Virus record (IMG/VR): IMGVR_UViG_3300014656_000075
Span: 1 to 35,921 of that record
Direction: 5' to 3' (one strand)
Length of the DNA stretch: 35,921 bases
Source: a virus
Taxonomy: Duplodnaviria; Caudoviricetes
Below, piece by piece: positions 23,753-32,575 of this stretch. Position 1 is the stretch's first letter, and each line of letters opens with the position of its first letter. The notes under the pieces were generated by a model. It saw nothing but the letters and a program-made list of their open reading frames with translations, was not told the DNA's origin and searched no databases. Position numbers and translations under genes: made by a program.

Positions 23753-24433
23753 ATGGGAATAAATATAGGATTAGGTAAAACTACGCCTTATCTAGCGTTG
23801 GGTGGAAAAATTAAACCATCAGAAATAGATAACGTTCAGCAACATTTGTATCTGAAAGTTTCAGGCTCTGACAGTGCTGTCATGAATGCTTGTGCTTGTG
23901 GATCAAAAACTTCTGCTACCGGAACCATTACTAATGGCTATCCAGATTATCCTCGCAACCTGTTAGTTTCTTTCACGGAAACTGGTGGTACGGTCTTTAA
24001 AGGTACTGCTACCGTCACAGGTAAGGATCAATTTGGTGAAGCTGTCAGTGAAACATTCGCTTGTGTATCTTTGGGTACTACAGGTGTTGGTGGAAGCAAA
24101 ATCTTCGATCAAATTACTGCCGTAAGTGCAGTTATTGGATCTTATGGAACAGGTGCCGTTGATCTTCGTGTCGGATTTCCTATTGGTGCAGGTTCTGCTA
24201 AGTTTGGGTTATATACCAAGATTAGTGCTGCTACCGATGTGAAACGAATCACTTGGGTTGACAACGGTGTTGTCACTCCTTGTACTGCCGTTGTAGATAC
24301 TACTTATCATGCATTCGCTTCTGGTGGAGCTATTACAGCCGCACAGGACGATTTTGTTGTTTGGGTCAATCCAAACTACAGCGAAGATGATGATGGTGTG
24401 TCATACGCTGGTACGAGTGCTTTAATCAGCTAA
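23753..24433 (+). CDS. Putative capsid decoration/minor head protein
   Basis: Strong AGGAGGTGA SD, capsid-like codon usage, PRNL...VTGKDQFG...SETF...G.KIF..IT pattern; followed by a terminator. Confidence 0.6.
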   Translation: MGINIGLGKTTPYLALGGKIKPSEIDNVQQHLYLKVSGSDSAVMNACACGSKTSATGTITNGYPDYPRNLLVSFTETGGTVFKGTATVTGKDQFGEAVSETFACVSLGTTGVGGSKIFDQITAVSAVIGSYGTGAVDLRVGFPIGAGSAKFGLYTKISAATDVKRITWVDNGVVTPCTAVVDTTYHAFASGGAITAAQDDFVVWVNPNYSEDDDGVSYAGTSALIS

Positions 24434-24453
24434 TTAAGTTGTTTAAGCTAATT

Positions 24454-24478
24454 TCCCCGTCGAAAGGCGGGGATTTTT
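24454..24478 (+). terminator. Intrinsic terminator after the head genes
   Basis: TCCCCGTC-GAAA-GGCGGGGA stem-loop followed by TTTTT. Confidence 0.85.
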
Positions 24479-24479
24479 G

Positions 24480-24488
24480 TGGTACACT
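24480..24488 (+). promoter_or_regulatory. Extended -10 promoter TGGTACACT, probably leaderless for the glycosyltransferase genes
   Basis: TG-N-TACACT then 6 nt then ATG 24495; no SD. Confidence 0.6.
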
Positions 24489-24494
24489 CAAAAA

Positions 24495-25238
24495 ATGAAG
24501 AAACTGCCAATCGGTGCTTTCACAATTGCTTACGGAGATCCAAGAAACTTAGTATATGCAGGGATGATGGCAAACAGTCTTCGCCACTTCCACCCCGAAA
24601 TCCCATTGATAATTTACACCGACGAAGATGTTGAGGCGATTAAAGACGAACGTAAGACTTATAGAATGTACGCAATGTTCGGAAAAAGAATGGCTAAGAG
24701 ATATGAAACAGTTATTCAAATAGACAGTGATTCAATCGTAACAGGAAACTTAAATCATATTCTAAAAGACAAATCTTATACGCTCGGTGGGGTTCTAAAC
24801 AATAACAGTATAGATCCTTTACTATCAATCCATGACATACCACATCAAGTCTATCTTAATGCTGGTTTTATAGTCTCCCGGAGTGAAAGGTTTTGGAACT
24901 GGTGGGACGAGTTAAACCATAGAATCTATTTCAACAACTATCAATTTGCAGAACAAGATACCTACAACATGATTTTCCACTATGGTGATATAAAAAGTAA
25001 GATATTTGACTATGACATGAAACCAAATCTACATGGTTTAATCCATAAGGGCAAGTGGGATAAGTTTGAAATGAATGGTAACCAGTTGGTACTGCCAGCA
25101 GAAACCCCAGACGGTGAGGACAAGATAATTAAGATAATTCACTGGGCTGGCGGCAATATACCTAAAATGAACTTTGAGACATTCTTTCAACCTGAAGTGG
25201 TTAAATATTTAAAAGATATTTCAAGTGACAAAAAATAA
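24495..25238 (+). CDS. GT-A fold glycosyltransferase, GT8-like
   Basis: IDSD (DxD), YLNAGF, AEQDTYN and IIHWAG motifs. Confidence 0.85.
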   Translation: MKKLPIGAFTIAYGDPRNLVYAGMMANSLRHFHPEIPLIIYTDEDVEAIKDERKTYRMYAMFGKRMAKRYETVIQIDSDSIVTGNLNHILKDKSYTLGGVLNNNSIDPLLSIHDIPHQVYLNAGFIVSRSERFWNWWDELNHRIYFNNYQFAEQDTYNMIFHYGDIKSKIFDYDMKPNLHGLIHKGKWDKFEMNGNQLVLPAETPDGEDKIIKIIHWAGGNIPKMNFETFFQPEVVKYLKDISSDKK

Positions 25239-26439
25239 GCCCCCTGTAAGCCCAGTAGAGGACAAGTTAAGAATACTCTGGTCATCCAATGCCCCGTTTT
25301 CACACTCTGGTTACTCTACTCAAACTAGAGACCTACTTTTAAGAATTAAAGATAGATATGATATTGCCGTATCCTGTTTCTATGGATTAGAGGGTGCAAT
25401 CATCGAATGGGAGGGTTTAAAACTCTATCCCAAAATGCAACAGACTTACGGTGCAGACGCTTGTTATTTCCACCAAAAGGATTTTAATGCAGACATTGTG
25501 ATAACTTTCCAAGATGTCTGGCCAATGGAAACTAACTTTCTAGCTAAGATCAACAACTGGATTGCTTACTGTCCAATAGATTATTACCCCTGCCCTAAAC
25601 ACATAACAGACAGGCTTAAAATAGCCAAAAGAGTGGTCGCCATATCAAAGTTCGGACAAAAGGCTTTAGCTGAAAAAGGGATTATGTCTAAGTTGATTTT
25701 AGAAGCAGTAGACACCAACCTCTTTAAACCAATGGATAAGATAGAAATGAGAAAGGCTATTGGTATTCCCGAGAACCTGTTTATGTTTGGAATGGTAGCG
25801 GTTAATAAAGATAACCCACCTCGTAAGTCTTTCCAACACGTTATGGACGCTTTTGCAGACTTTGTTAAGACACATCCCGACTCAGGCCTTTATATTCAAT
25901 GTTTACTTCAACAAGATGGTGGTTTTCCAATTCAAGATTATGCTGAATATTTGGGTATATTAAAACATATATACTATCCACCCCCTTATCAATACTTATT
26001 AAAGTCACCAACATCAATGGTGTCTAGGATAATGAATACATTCGATTGTCTACTTCAACCATCTAATAGTGAGGGTTTTGGCCTACCTATCATAGAAGCT
26101 CAATCTTGCGGCGTACCAGTTATAGTAAACAACTGGAACTCAATGCCAGAGTTAGTAAAAGACAATAAAACAGGCTATATCTGCAAAGCAGGGGATCAAA
26201 GATGGTCGCCAATTGGGGCTTATATGACCTCACCCGATAGAAATTCTTTAAGGGAAAAGATGGAGTTAGCTTTCACAAATGGAAGGGATAAGTTGCAAAA
26301 GGACTGTAGAAATCACATACTAACTGAATACGACCTTGATAAACGGATCAAAGAAGAGTGGATTCCATTCTTAGATGAGGTTAAAAAAGACATCCGAACA
26401 GCAAGACCCCCGTTGTTACAAAATTATTTAAAACCATGA
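25225..26439 (+). CDS. GT-B fold glycosyltransferase, GT4 family
   Basis: SGYS.Q, VDTNLFKP, N..RK, PSNSEGFGLPIIEAQSCGVPVI. Confidence 0.92.
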   Translation: MTKNKPPVSPVEDKLRILWSSNAPFSHSGYSTQTRDLLLRIKDRYDIAVSCFYGLEGAIIEWEGLKLYPKMQQTYGADACYFHQKDFNADIVITFQDVWPMETNFLAKINNWIAYCPIDYYPCPKHITDRLKIAKRVVAISKFGQKALAEKGIMSKLILEAVDTNLFKPMDKIEMRKAIGIPENLFMFGMVAVNKDNPPRKSFQHVMDAFADFVKTHPDSGLYIQCLLQQDGGFPIQDYAEYLGILKHIYYPPPYQYLLKSPTSMVSRIMNTFDCLLQPSNSEGFGLPIIEAQSCGVPVIVNNWNSMPELVKDNKTGYICKAGDQRWSPIGAYMTSPDRNSLREKMELAFTNGRDKLQKDCRNHILTEYDLDKRIKEEWIPFLDEVKKDIRTARPPLLQNYLKP

Positions 26440-26777
26440 GTGACAAAACATATAACGTAGAATCGAGAAAGGGTACAGTTACTATACCTACTTCAACCAC
26501 TGTAACCACAGGAACGGTTACACTTGAGGATATAAACGGATTAACTAACCAGATTTTCTTTACTACTCCATCAATGACGGGAACAGATACTCCCAAACTA
26601 CAAATAGTAAATTCAGCAGGGGCTGTCTTTATGGACTCAGGAACAGTAGCTGAAAGTGTCACTACAATCCTAGGAACTCAAGTAGCTTTAGTTTCTGGTG
26701 ATAAAATGATTGCTACTGCCAGTGGAACACAATCTGCCGCCGCCGATATCGTCTACGATATTCGTTTCTTAAGATAA
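26436..26777 (+). CDS. Small Thr-rich virion protein
   Basis: Beta-rich; 6 GT dipeptides in 113 aa; structural-module context. Confidence 0.65.
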   Translation: MSDKTYNVESRKGTVTIPTSTTVTTGTVTLEDINGLTNQIFFTTPSMTGTDTPKLQIVNSAGAVFMDSGTVAESVTTILGTQVALVSGDKMIATASGTQSAAADIVYDIRFLR

Positions 26778-26983
26778 TGCAGGTTTCAGATATTACTCCC
26801 GAATTAGTCTTTGTAGAAAAAGGTGACTACTTTGGTAATACTAGACTTTGGGGTAGACACATCTTATACAACACTCACGAATTATATTTAGGCCCAAAAA
26901 AATCAAGTAAAGCACCAGACGCTCAAGTCTTCATTCAATCATCTCCAAAAGTGAGTTCGGTTGAAAACGTAATTCCCAATTAG
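26777..26983 (+). CDS. Hypothetical protein, 68 aa
   Basis: TAATG coupling; ORF track. Confidence 0.65.
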   Translation: MQVSDITPELVFVEKGDYFGNTRLWGRHILYNTHELYLGPKKSSKAPDAQVFIQSSPKVSSVENVIPN

Positions 26984-26994
26984 TATTCTTGGTC

Positions 26995-27669
26995 ATGGCT
27001 AGAACAGGTACATCAGTATTTCCAGCAACTTTAGATTCATTTGATCGTATAGGTACAACCAATTACGAGGATGAGGCTGGTTATAGTATTGTTAATGTGG
27101 AAAATGAGGCAATGGATGCGATTGAGAAGATGCAAGTTCTCATGGGTACTGCGAGTGGTACGGCTCTTTTAGCAAATGCAGTTTCCGCCACTGGAACAGC
27201 AACCTTAACTAATAAAACAATTAATGGAGCGGTAATTGGTACGTCAGCAATTACTGGTGGCACGATTACCTCAGCCGTAATAACCACCCCCACAGGAGAT
27301 GTAATGACATTAACTGGAACCCAAACCTTTTCCAATAAGAGGAAAACGGCTAGGGTGACTACATCGACCAGTGCTGGAACACATACCATAGATTCTACAA
27401 ATTCAGATATTTTTACCGTTACGGCTCAAAATGGTACGGCAGTATTTGCTACCCCGGCGGGTACTCCTGCTTCTGGTGATACTTTAGTTATGAGATTGAG
27501 AGATAACGGAACTGCGGCTGCTCTTTCTTTTGGGACGGTGTACAACTTTTCGACTGAATTAACTGCTCCTACTACTACAGTTGCTTCAAAAACACTCTAT
27601 ATGGGTTTTATTTGGAATGAGATCAATAGTAAATGGGAATGTTTAGCGGTTTTAAATAATTTTTCATAA
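26995..27669 (+). CDS. Short fibre-like virion protein (start MARTGT at 26995)
   Basis: FPA.LD N-terminus, TLTNKTI fibre repeats, C-terminal PTTT..K..Y.GFI.N...KW..LA domain. Confidence 0.65.
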   Translation: MARTGTSVFPATLDSFDRIGTTNYEDEAGYSIVNVENEAMDAIEKMQVLMGTASGTALLANAVSATGTATLTNKTINGAVIGTSAITGGTITSAVITTPTGDVMTLTGTQTFSNKRKTARVTTSTSAGTHTIDSTNSDIFTVTAQNGTAVFATPAGTPASGDTLVMRLRDNGTAAALSFGTVYNFSTELTAPTTTVASKTLYMGFIWNEINSKWECLAVLNNFS

Positions 27670-27670
27670 T

Positions 27671-28384
27671 ATGTCCATATCTGCTACTGGAGGTACAATT
27701 ACTACTCAAGGAATTGATACTATACACACTTTTACTTCCAGTGGGACTTTTTCGGTAACAGGCGGTGGAAATATAAAAGTGTTCCTGGTAGGTGGTGGTG
27801 CTGGGGGAAATGGTGGTGTAAACACCGTAGCTTATGGTTCTGGTGGTGCGGGTGGTAGGGCAGTATATGTAGGTTCGTTTTATGTATCTACGGGCGATTA
27901 TACCGTCGGAATAGGTTCTGCCGGTACTGGTTCTTACGATACAGGAACTCCAGGTAATGGTGGTAGTTCTACATTTGGAACAATAGTTGCCACTGGAGGT
28001 AGTGCAGTTGCTTATACAAACAGAACGGGTGGGGCAAATGCTGACTACACAGGTGGAACAGGTATAAGTAATTTGGGTGGAGGTGGTGCTGGTGCTGGTG
28101 CAAACGGTAGTGCAAGTAATGGCGGTTTGGGATATTTTTCTTCAATTAGAACTGGTACATCAACTGGATATGGTGGAGGAGGTGGCGGTGGATGGAGTGG
28201 AACTGCATCTTCTGGTGGAGGAAATGGGTCTCCTGGTTCTGCCGACAGCGGTGTAGTAAATACTGGTGGTGGTGGTGGAGGAGGTTCTTGGAGTACATCT
28301 GAGGTGAAAGGTGGAAATGGGGCTAAAGGTATTGTTATTATTAGATATACAAACGTAACGGGATCATTCTTACCATTTTTATAA
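27671..28384 (+). CDS. Glycine-rich domain virion protein
   Basis: ATGGTIT...IHTFTSSGTF...LVGGGAGG...NTGGGGGG...G..GIVIIRY. Confidence 0.8.
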   Translation: MSISATGGTITTQGIDTIHTFTSSGTFSVTGGGNIKVFLVGGGAGGNGGVNTVAYGSGGAGGRAVYVGSFYVSTGDYTVGIGSAGTGSYDTGTPGNGGSSTFGTIVATGGSAVAYTNRTGGANADYTGGTGISNLGGGGAGAGANGSASNGGLGYFSSIRTGTSTGYGGGGGGGWSGTASSGGGNGSPGSADSGVVNTGGGGGGGSWSTSEVKGGNGAKGIVIIRYTNVTGSFLPFL

Positions 28385-28386
28385 TT

Positions 28387-29508
28387 ATGATAATCAAAGT
28401 ACAGAACAATCAAACAATCAATACCCAGAGTTCACCTCTAGCTTTATCTCCTGCCGCCGCAGGAACAGCCTTAACGGTTAAAAATATATCAGGATTTACC
28501 GATGGTTGGTATGCCCAAGTTGGAGAAAATGGAGGAGAAAAGACGGAAATTAAGGCTATTAGTGCCGCACCGTCTGGTTCAATAGTTCCAGTGTTAGCTC
28601 TTACCTATACTCACCCTGTCGATACACCCGTCTATTCAATAAAATACGATCAAATAGTATTTAAAGTATCTACAGCTGGTACAGCAGGGACTGCCGTTGC
28701 TATCACTGATGGTACGGTTTCAATCACCCCAGATTGGCAATTTACCCAATTTGACCACACATCTGGCTCAGCTTCTTATGCTTACAAAACTTGTTATCGT
28801 GATTCAGCCGCAGGTGCGGTAAGTCCCGACTCTGGTTGGTTGACATCAGGTGGATATAGTCAATATACATTGGCTCACATGAGAAACAGAGTTAAAGGAA
28901 AACTATCAAATAACAACATTCCCGACTCAGATTTAGACGCATGGCTGAATGAATGGTTGGAGAATATGAATAATGCGGTAGTTTCCGTTAATGAAGACTA
29001 TGCACTAGGAACAGCTACAGTTACTTTCTCGGGTACAGCCCAAGAGGGGACTATCACCGATGCTGACTTTAAGTATGTTAGAAAAGTAGAATATTCCGAG
29101 GGATCAGATACGGGGATTGCTACTAAAATGGAATGGGCAGACGTAGAACCTACAGACTTATATCTATCCTCAAGCCCTTTCTATTACATGAAAGATGAAA
29201 AGACGATTGGAAGACAACCACATACTCAAAGTGGAACAGCTTCAATAACCTACTACAAGTTACTAGACCGCCTACAAGATGATACTGACGAATTACCTAT
29301 CCCATTGAGAGGTTACACTAATTCGTTCGTCAGATGGGCTCAGGGACAGGCTCTACGCCGTCAAGAAAACTACTCAGACGCTTCACAGATGGAAATATCG
29401 GCATTAAATGATTTAGAAAGGTTTAAACAAGAAATATCACCTCGAAATAAATCGGGGCCGGAATATATAAACATCGTCAATGCCTTTCAAGAAGTAGAGG
29501 ATTATTAA
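28387..29508 (+). CDS. Putative head-tail adaptor with an N-terminal beta-rich extension
   Basis: C-terminal half TL..MR.RV.......DSDLDAWLNE...L..DTD..PIP resembles podovirus adaptors; position before the nozzle. Confidence 0.55.
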   Translation: MIIKVQNNQTINTQSSPLALSPAAAGTALTVKNISGFTDGWYAQVGENGGEKTEIKAISAAPSGSIVPVLALTYTHPVDTPVYSIKYDQIVFKVSTAGTAGTAVAITDGTVSITPDWQFTQFDHTSGSASYAYKTCYRDSAAGAVSPDSGWLTSGGYSQYTLAHMRNRVKGKLSNNNIPDSDLDAWLNEWLENMNNAVVSVNEDYALGTATVTFSGTAQEGTITDADFKYVRKVEYSEGSDTGIATKMEWADVEPTDLYLSSSPFYYMKDEKTIGRQPHTQSGTASITYYKLLDRLQDDTDELPIPLRGYTNSFVRWAQGQALRRQENYSDASQMEISALNDLERFKQEISPRNKSGPEYINIVNAFQEVEDY

Positions 29509-29509
29509 C

Positions 29510-30928
29510 ATGAAATATAAAGTTTTTAACCTTGGTGGAAAACAACTGAGGGTATCTCCATTTTTAAGCAACCCTGGGGAAATGACTAGGTGTGTAAACA
29601 TGGATAATTCCTATGTTGGTGCTAAAACTAAAAGACCTGGTTATGACACTTTCTTAGGAACCGCTAATGGATCAGCAGTAATAGACTTATTTTCTTGGAC
29701 TAAAGCAGATGGAACATCAACTTACGTATACCGTAATTCAGGCGGGATTTTATCTTATTGGGATGCTGGTGTAGGGACGGCGACGACTTGGACTACTTGC
29801 GGCGGAGGAACACTGACTGCCGGAAACCATCTAGGACATACTGTATTAGCCGAAACTTTAATAGCAGATCAAGCGGGTGGAACTTGTATATCAAGTACGT
29901 CTGGGACTTCATTTGGAACGGTAGCTCTAGCACCTCCAGGCGAACATCTGGCTACCTATCAAAATCGTGTATTTATCGGCGGCACGGCTTCTACTTTGTT
30001 CTGGTCTGCCTCGGGGTCTGGTACGGACTGGGCGACGTCAGGCACATCAGACTCCTCGTCACAAACCATCCCTGGGGCAGGCAAGATTAATAAAGTCTTT
30101 ATCTCAAGCGATAGAGTTGTAACCAGTAAGACATCTGGTTTAATGTACCGATGGGATGGATATACTTTAAGTAAACTGCCTACTGATAAGGGTTTAGATT
30201 CACCCTATTCTTTAATAGAAACTGAAAACTACTTTTTTTACATCAATCGGGATGGGATATATGGCTTTGGAGGGGATAAGCCCGAGATAGTCAGTAATGC
30301 TATCCAACCACAGATTTATAACAATGCTGGTTCTGGTATTGTTGGATCAGTATTCGACACTGCCCCCGCAGGCATAATCCATTATGACGGCTTATTCTCG
30401 GTAGGGGATGTAACAGATACAGTTAGCCAGGAGACTATAACAAACGATATCATCAAATATGACTATCAATTAAACCAATTTACCGACTACTCATTTGCCC
30501 ATAAGCCGACTGCGTGGACAACTTATATTGATAAAAACGGGGTAACACAGTTAATCTTCGGTGATGACACTGGCCAGTGCTATAAAGTTAGTGGTACAGC
30601 CACCTCTGATAGTGGTACACCTATCGAAACAGTTATGGAGGGCGTTCTCTCATTTGAGAGTCCAGAAACTAATAAAATATATCATTCATTCTATGCCATT
30701 GCTTCACCTGGTTGTGGAGCCAAGGTTCAGATTTGTGCTTCAGACACGTTTACCGCTTCAAGGAGAAATTGGATTGATATTGGAGAGTTTAAGGACGGAG
30801 TGGCAAAATTTGACATTCCCTCGTCTTATGTGGGCAGATTGTTATGGTGGAGAGTGTATGAGAGATCAGACGAAGCACCGTTTACGATATATGGATTTGT
30901 TGTTGATTTAGATATTTTAAAAGACTAA
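29510..30928 (+). CDS. Putative tail nozzle / tubular protein B (P22 gp10-like)
   Basis: N...G...KRPG N-terminus, YQNRVFI...LFWS beta-propeller blades; 472 aa; position. Confidence 0.65.
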   Translation: MKYKVFNLGGKQLRVSPFLSNPGEMTRCVNMDNSYVGAKTKRPGYDTFLGTANGSAVIDLFSWTKADGTSTYVYRNSGGILSYWDAGVGTATTWTTCGGGTLTAGNHLGHTVLAETLIADQAGGTCISSTSGTSFGTVALAPPGEHLATYQNRVFIGGTASTLFWSASGSGTDWATSGTSDSSSQTIPGAGKINKVFISSDRVVTSKTSGLMYRWDGYTLSKLPTDKGLDSPYSLIETENYFFYINRDGIYGFGGDKPEIVSNAIQPQIYNNAGSGIVGSVFDTAPAGIIHYDGLFSVGDVTDTVSQETITNDIIKYDYQLNQFTDYSFAHKPTAWTTYIDKNGVTQLIFGDDTGQCYKVSGTATSDSGTPIETVMEGVLSFESPETNKIYHSFYAIASPGCGAKVQICASDTFTASRRNWIDIGEFKDGVAKFDIPSSYVGRLLWWRVYERSDEAPFTIYGFVVDLDILKD

Positions 30929-31608
30929 TGAATTATAAAACTATAGGATTAAATGACAAATTAAGATCTGATAAGGGAGTGGCTGGTTCAGCAAATGACT
31001 GGCAGAGTTCTATCTATCAAGATACCCACAGAGAACAAAGTCCATATACACCACCAGTTCAGATAAATAAAGGAACAATGACAGTAACCGCAGGGGGAAT
31101 TGTGGACTTCCAAAACGCAGAAGGTAGCACTATATTTACCTACAACGCCTCATCTGGGGCAATTGCTATTACATCAAACGTGGAGATAACAGGTAATTTT
31201 CTAGTAAATGGTACTTCAAGTACAGGCACAGTTAGTGGAACGGCGGGAAGTTTTACAAGTCTAAATGCCACTAATGGCACCATAACTAATTTGAAAGCCA
31301 CCACTGGAACGGTAAGTAGTTACTTTACAATTGGAGAAATCTTAATGAATAGTAACAGTTCAAACAAGATTAGGGAATATTTTGGTCTTGGTTTAGCTTT
31401 GGCTGATTCTGGTGGAGCGAATGCTGTTCGGATCCAAAACTCAAACCTAACAGACCTTATTCAAATGTCATCTAAGGGTGGAATAACTTTTGTACCACAA
31501 GGACTTCCAGCTAGCCCTGATACAGGTCAAGTGGTCTATTACAATAATGATAACAAGCTTAAGGTCTGGAATGGATCTGCATGGGAGACTATTAGTAGCT
31601 CAACATGA
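30928..31608 (+). CDS. Putative tail needle/fibre protein
   Basis: Beta-repeat core; C-terminal P..G.VYYN....LKVWNGSAW motif. Confidence 0.6.
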   Translation: MNYKTIGLNDKLRSDKGVAGSANDWQSSIYQDTHREQSPYTPPVQINKGTMTVTAGGIVDFQNAEGSTIFTYNASSGAIAITSNVEITGNFLVNGTSSTGTVSGTAGSFTSLNATNGTITNLKATTGTVSSYFTIGEILMNSNSSNKIREYFGLGLALADSGGANAVRIQNSNLTDLIQMSSKGGITFVPQGLPASPDTGQVVYYNNDNKLKVWNGSAWETISSST

Positions 31609-31615
31609 GGTTACA

Positions 31616-31644
31616 TTGAAATTATAAATTTAAAAATTTAATAT
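31616..31644 (+). promoter_or_regulatory. Promoter TTGAAA-N17-TAATAT upstream of the ejection-protein genes
   Basis: 17-bp spacer, intergenic; AT-rich context lowers specificity. Confidence 0.5.
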
Positions 31645-31690
31645 AAATACATGAGATTTACCAAGAATAAAATTAACACAGGAGGCACAA

Positions 31691-32575
31691 ATGTCATCAT
31701 CTGATCTAGTATCTAAAGGCTATGGTGGTTATCAAGGTTGGGGAGACGCCGAGGCTGATGCTGACTATAAGGCTACTGGAGGATCGGGAAAGTTTACTGG
31801 ACAGTCAACCCAGAACTCAGCCCAATCATTTCAAGACACCGTTAGTCGAGCCCAGAACATGTATAAAGAGGCGGCTAAACCCGCTATTGAATCATTAGAA
31901 GCGTCTAAACCAGAGATAACGTCAAGTATTTCGAGTAAAACAAAGATATTAACTGAAAAATATGACAATTTAATCGCCTCAATTACCGGCAATCAAGCCA
32001 AAGCCGAAAATAAACAAACGGTAGTTACGGCAGGGGAGTTGGGTAAGAGGGGAATTGATCCAACTTCTACACTATATGGACAAGAGTTGACTAATGCGGT
32101 CAATCCCATTACTCAAGATTATACAAGTTTGTCTAAGGACGCTACTTCTAACCTACAAGCTGGAATCCAAGATTTAGGGGATTTAGAGACTACTCAACTT
32201 AGAAACGTATCAAATGCTATCGCACAACTTCAATACGGTGCAAGTTCGGATTCAATAAGTACAGCCATGCAACTTTACCAACAGGCGCAAACAAATGCTC
32301 AAAACGCCAACAATGCCGCAGAAGCTAAGAGGCAAGCTGATATAGCTAATGCTCTACAACAGAAGATTTATGAGACTATTTCACTACCGGAATCTAAAAT
32401 AAGTATTCAAAATACACAGGATACTATAAATAATAGAAATAGTACTCGTAGTAGTGTTGTTTCATCGGATAGTTATTATACTGCACCAGGAGTAACTAAT
32501 ATTACTAATACTAATGGTCTCCAATCTAGTGCTGGAGGAAAATATCTTCCTGTTGCATCAAGTTGGAATAAATAA
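31691..32575 (+). CDS. Putative internal virion (DNA ejection) protein
   Basis: Q/A/S/T-rich helical protein after the tail genes; GGAGG SD. Confidence 0.6.
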   Translation: MSSSDLVSKGYGGYQGWGDAEADADYKATGGSGKFTGQSTQNSAQSFQDTVSRAQNMYKEAAKPAIESLEASKPEITSSISSKTKILTEKYDNLIASITGNQAKAENKQTVVTAGELGKRGIDPTSTLYGQELTNAVNPITQDYTSLSKDATSNLQAGIQDLGDLETTQLRNVSNAIAQLQYGASSDSISTAMQLYQQAQTNAQNANNAAEAKRQADIANALQQKIYETISLPESKISIQNTQDTINNRNSTRSSVVSSDSYYTAPGVTNITNTNGLQSSAGGKYLPVASSWNK

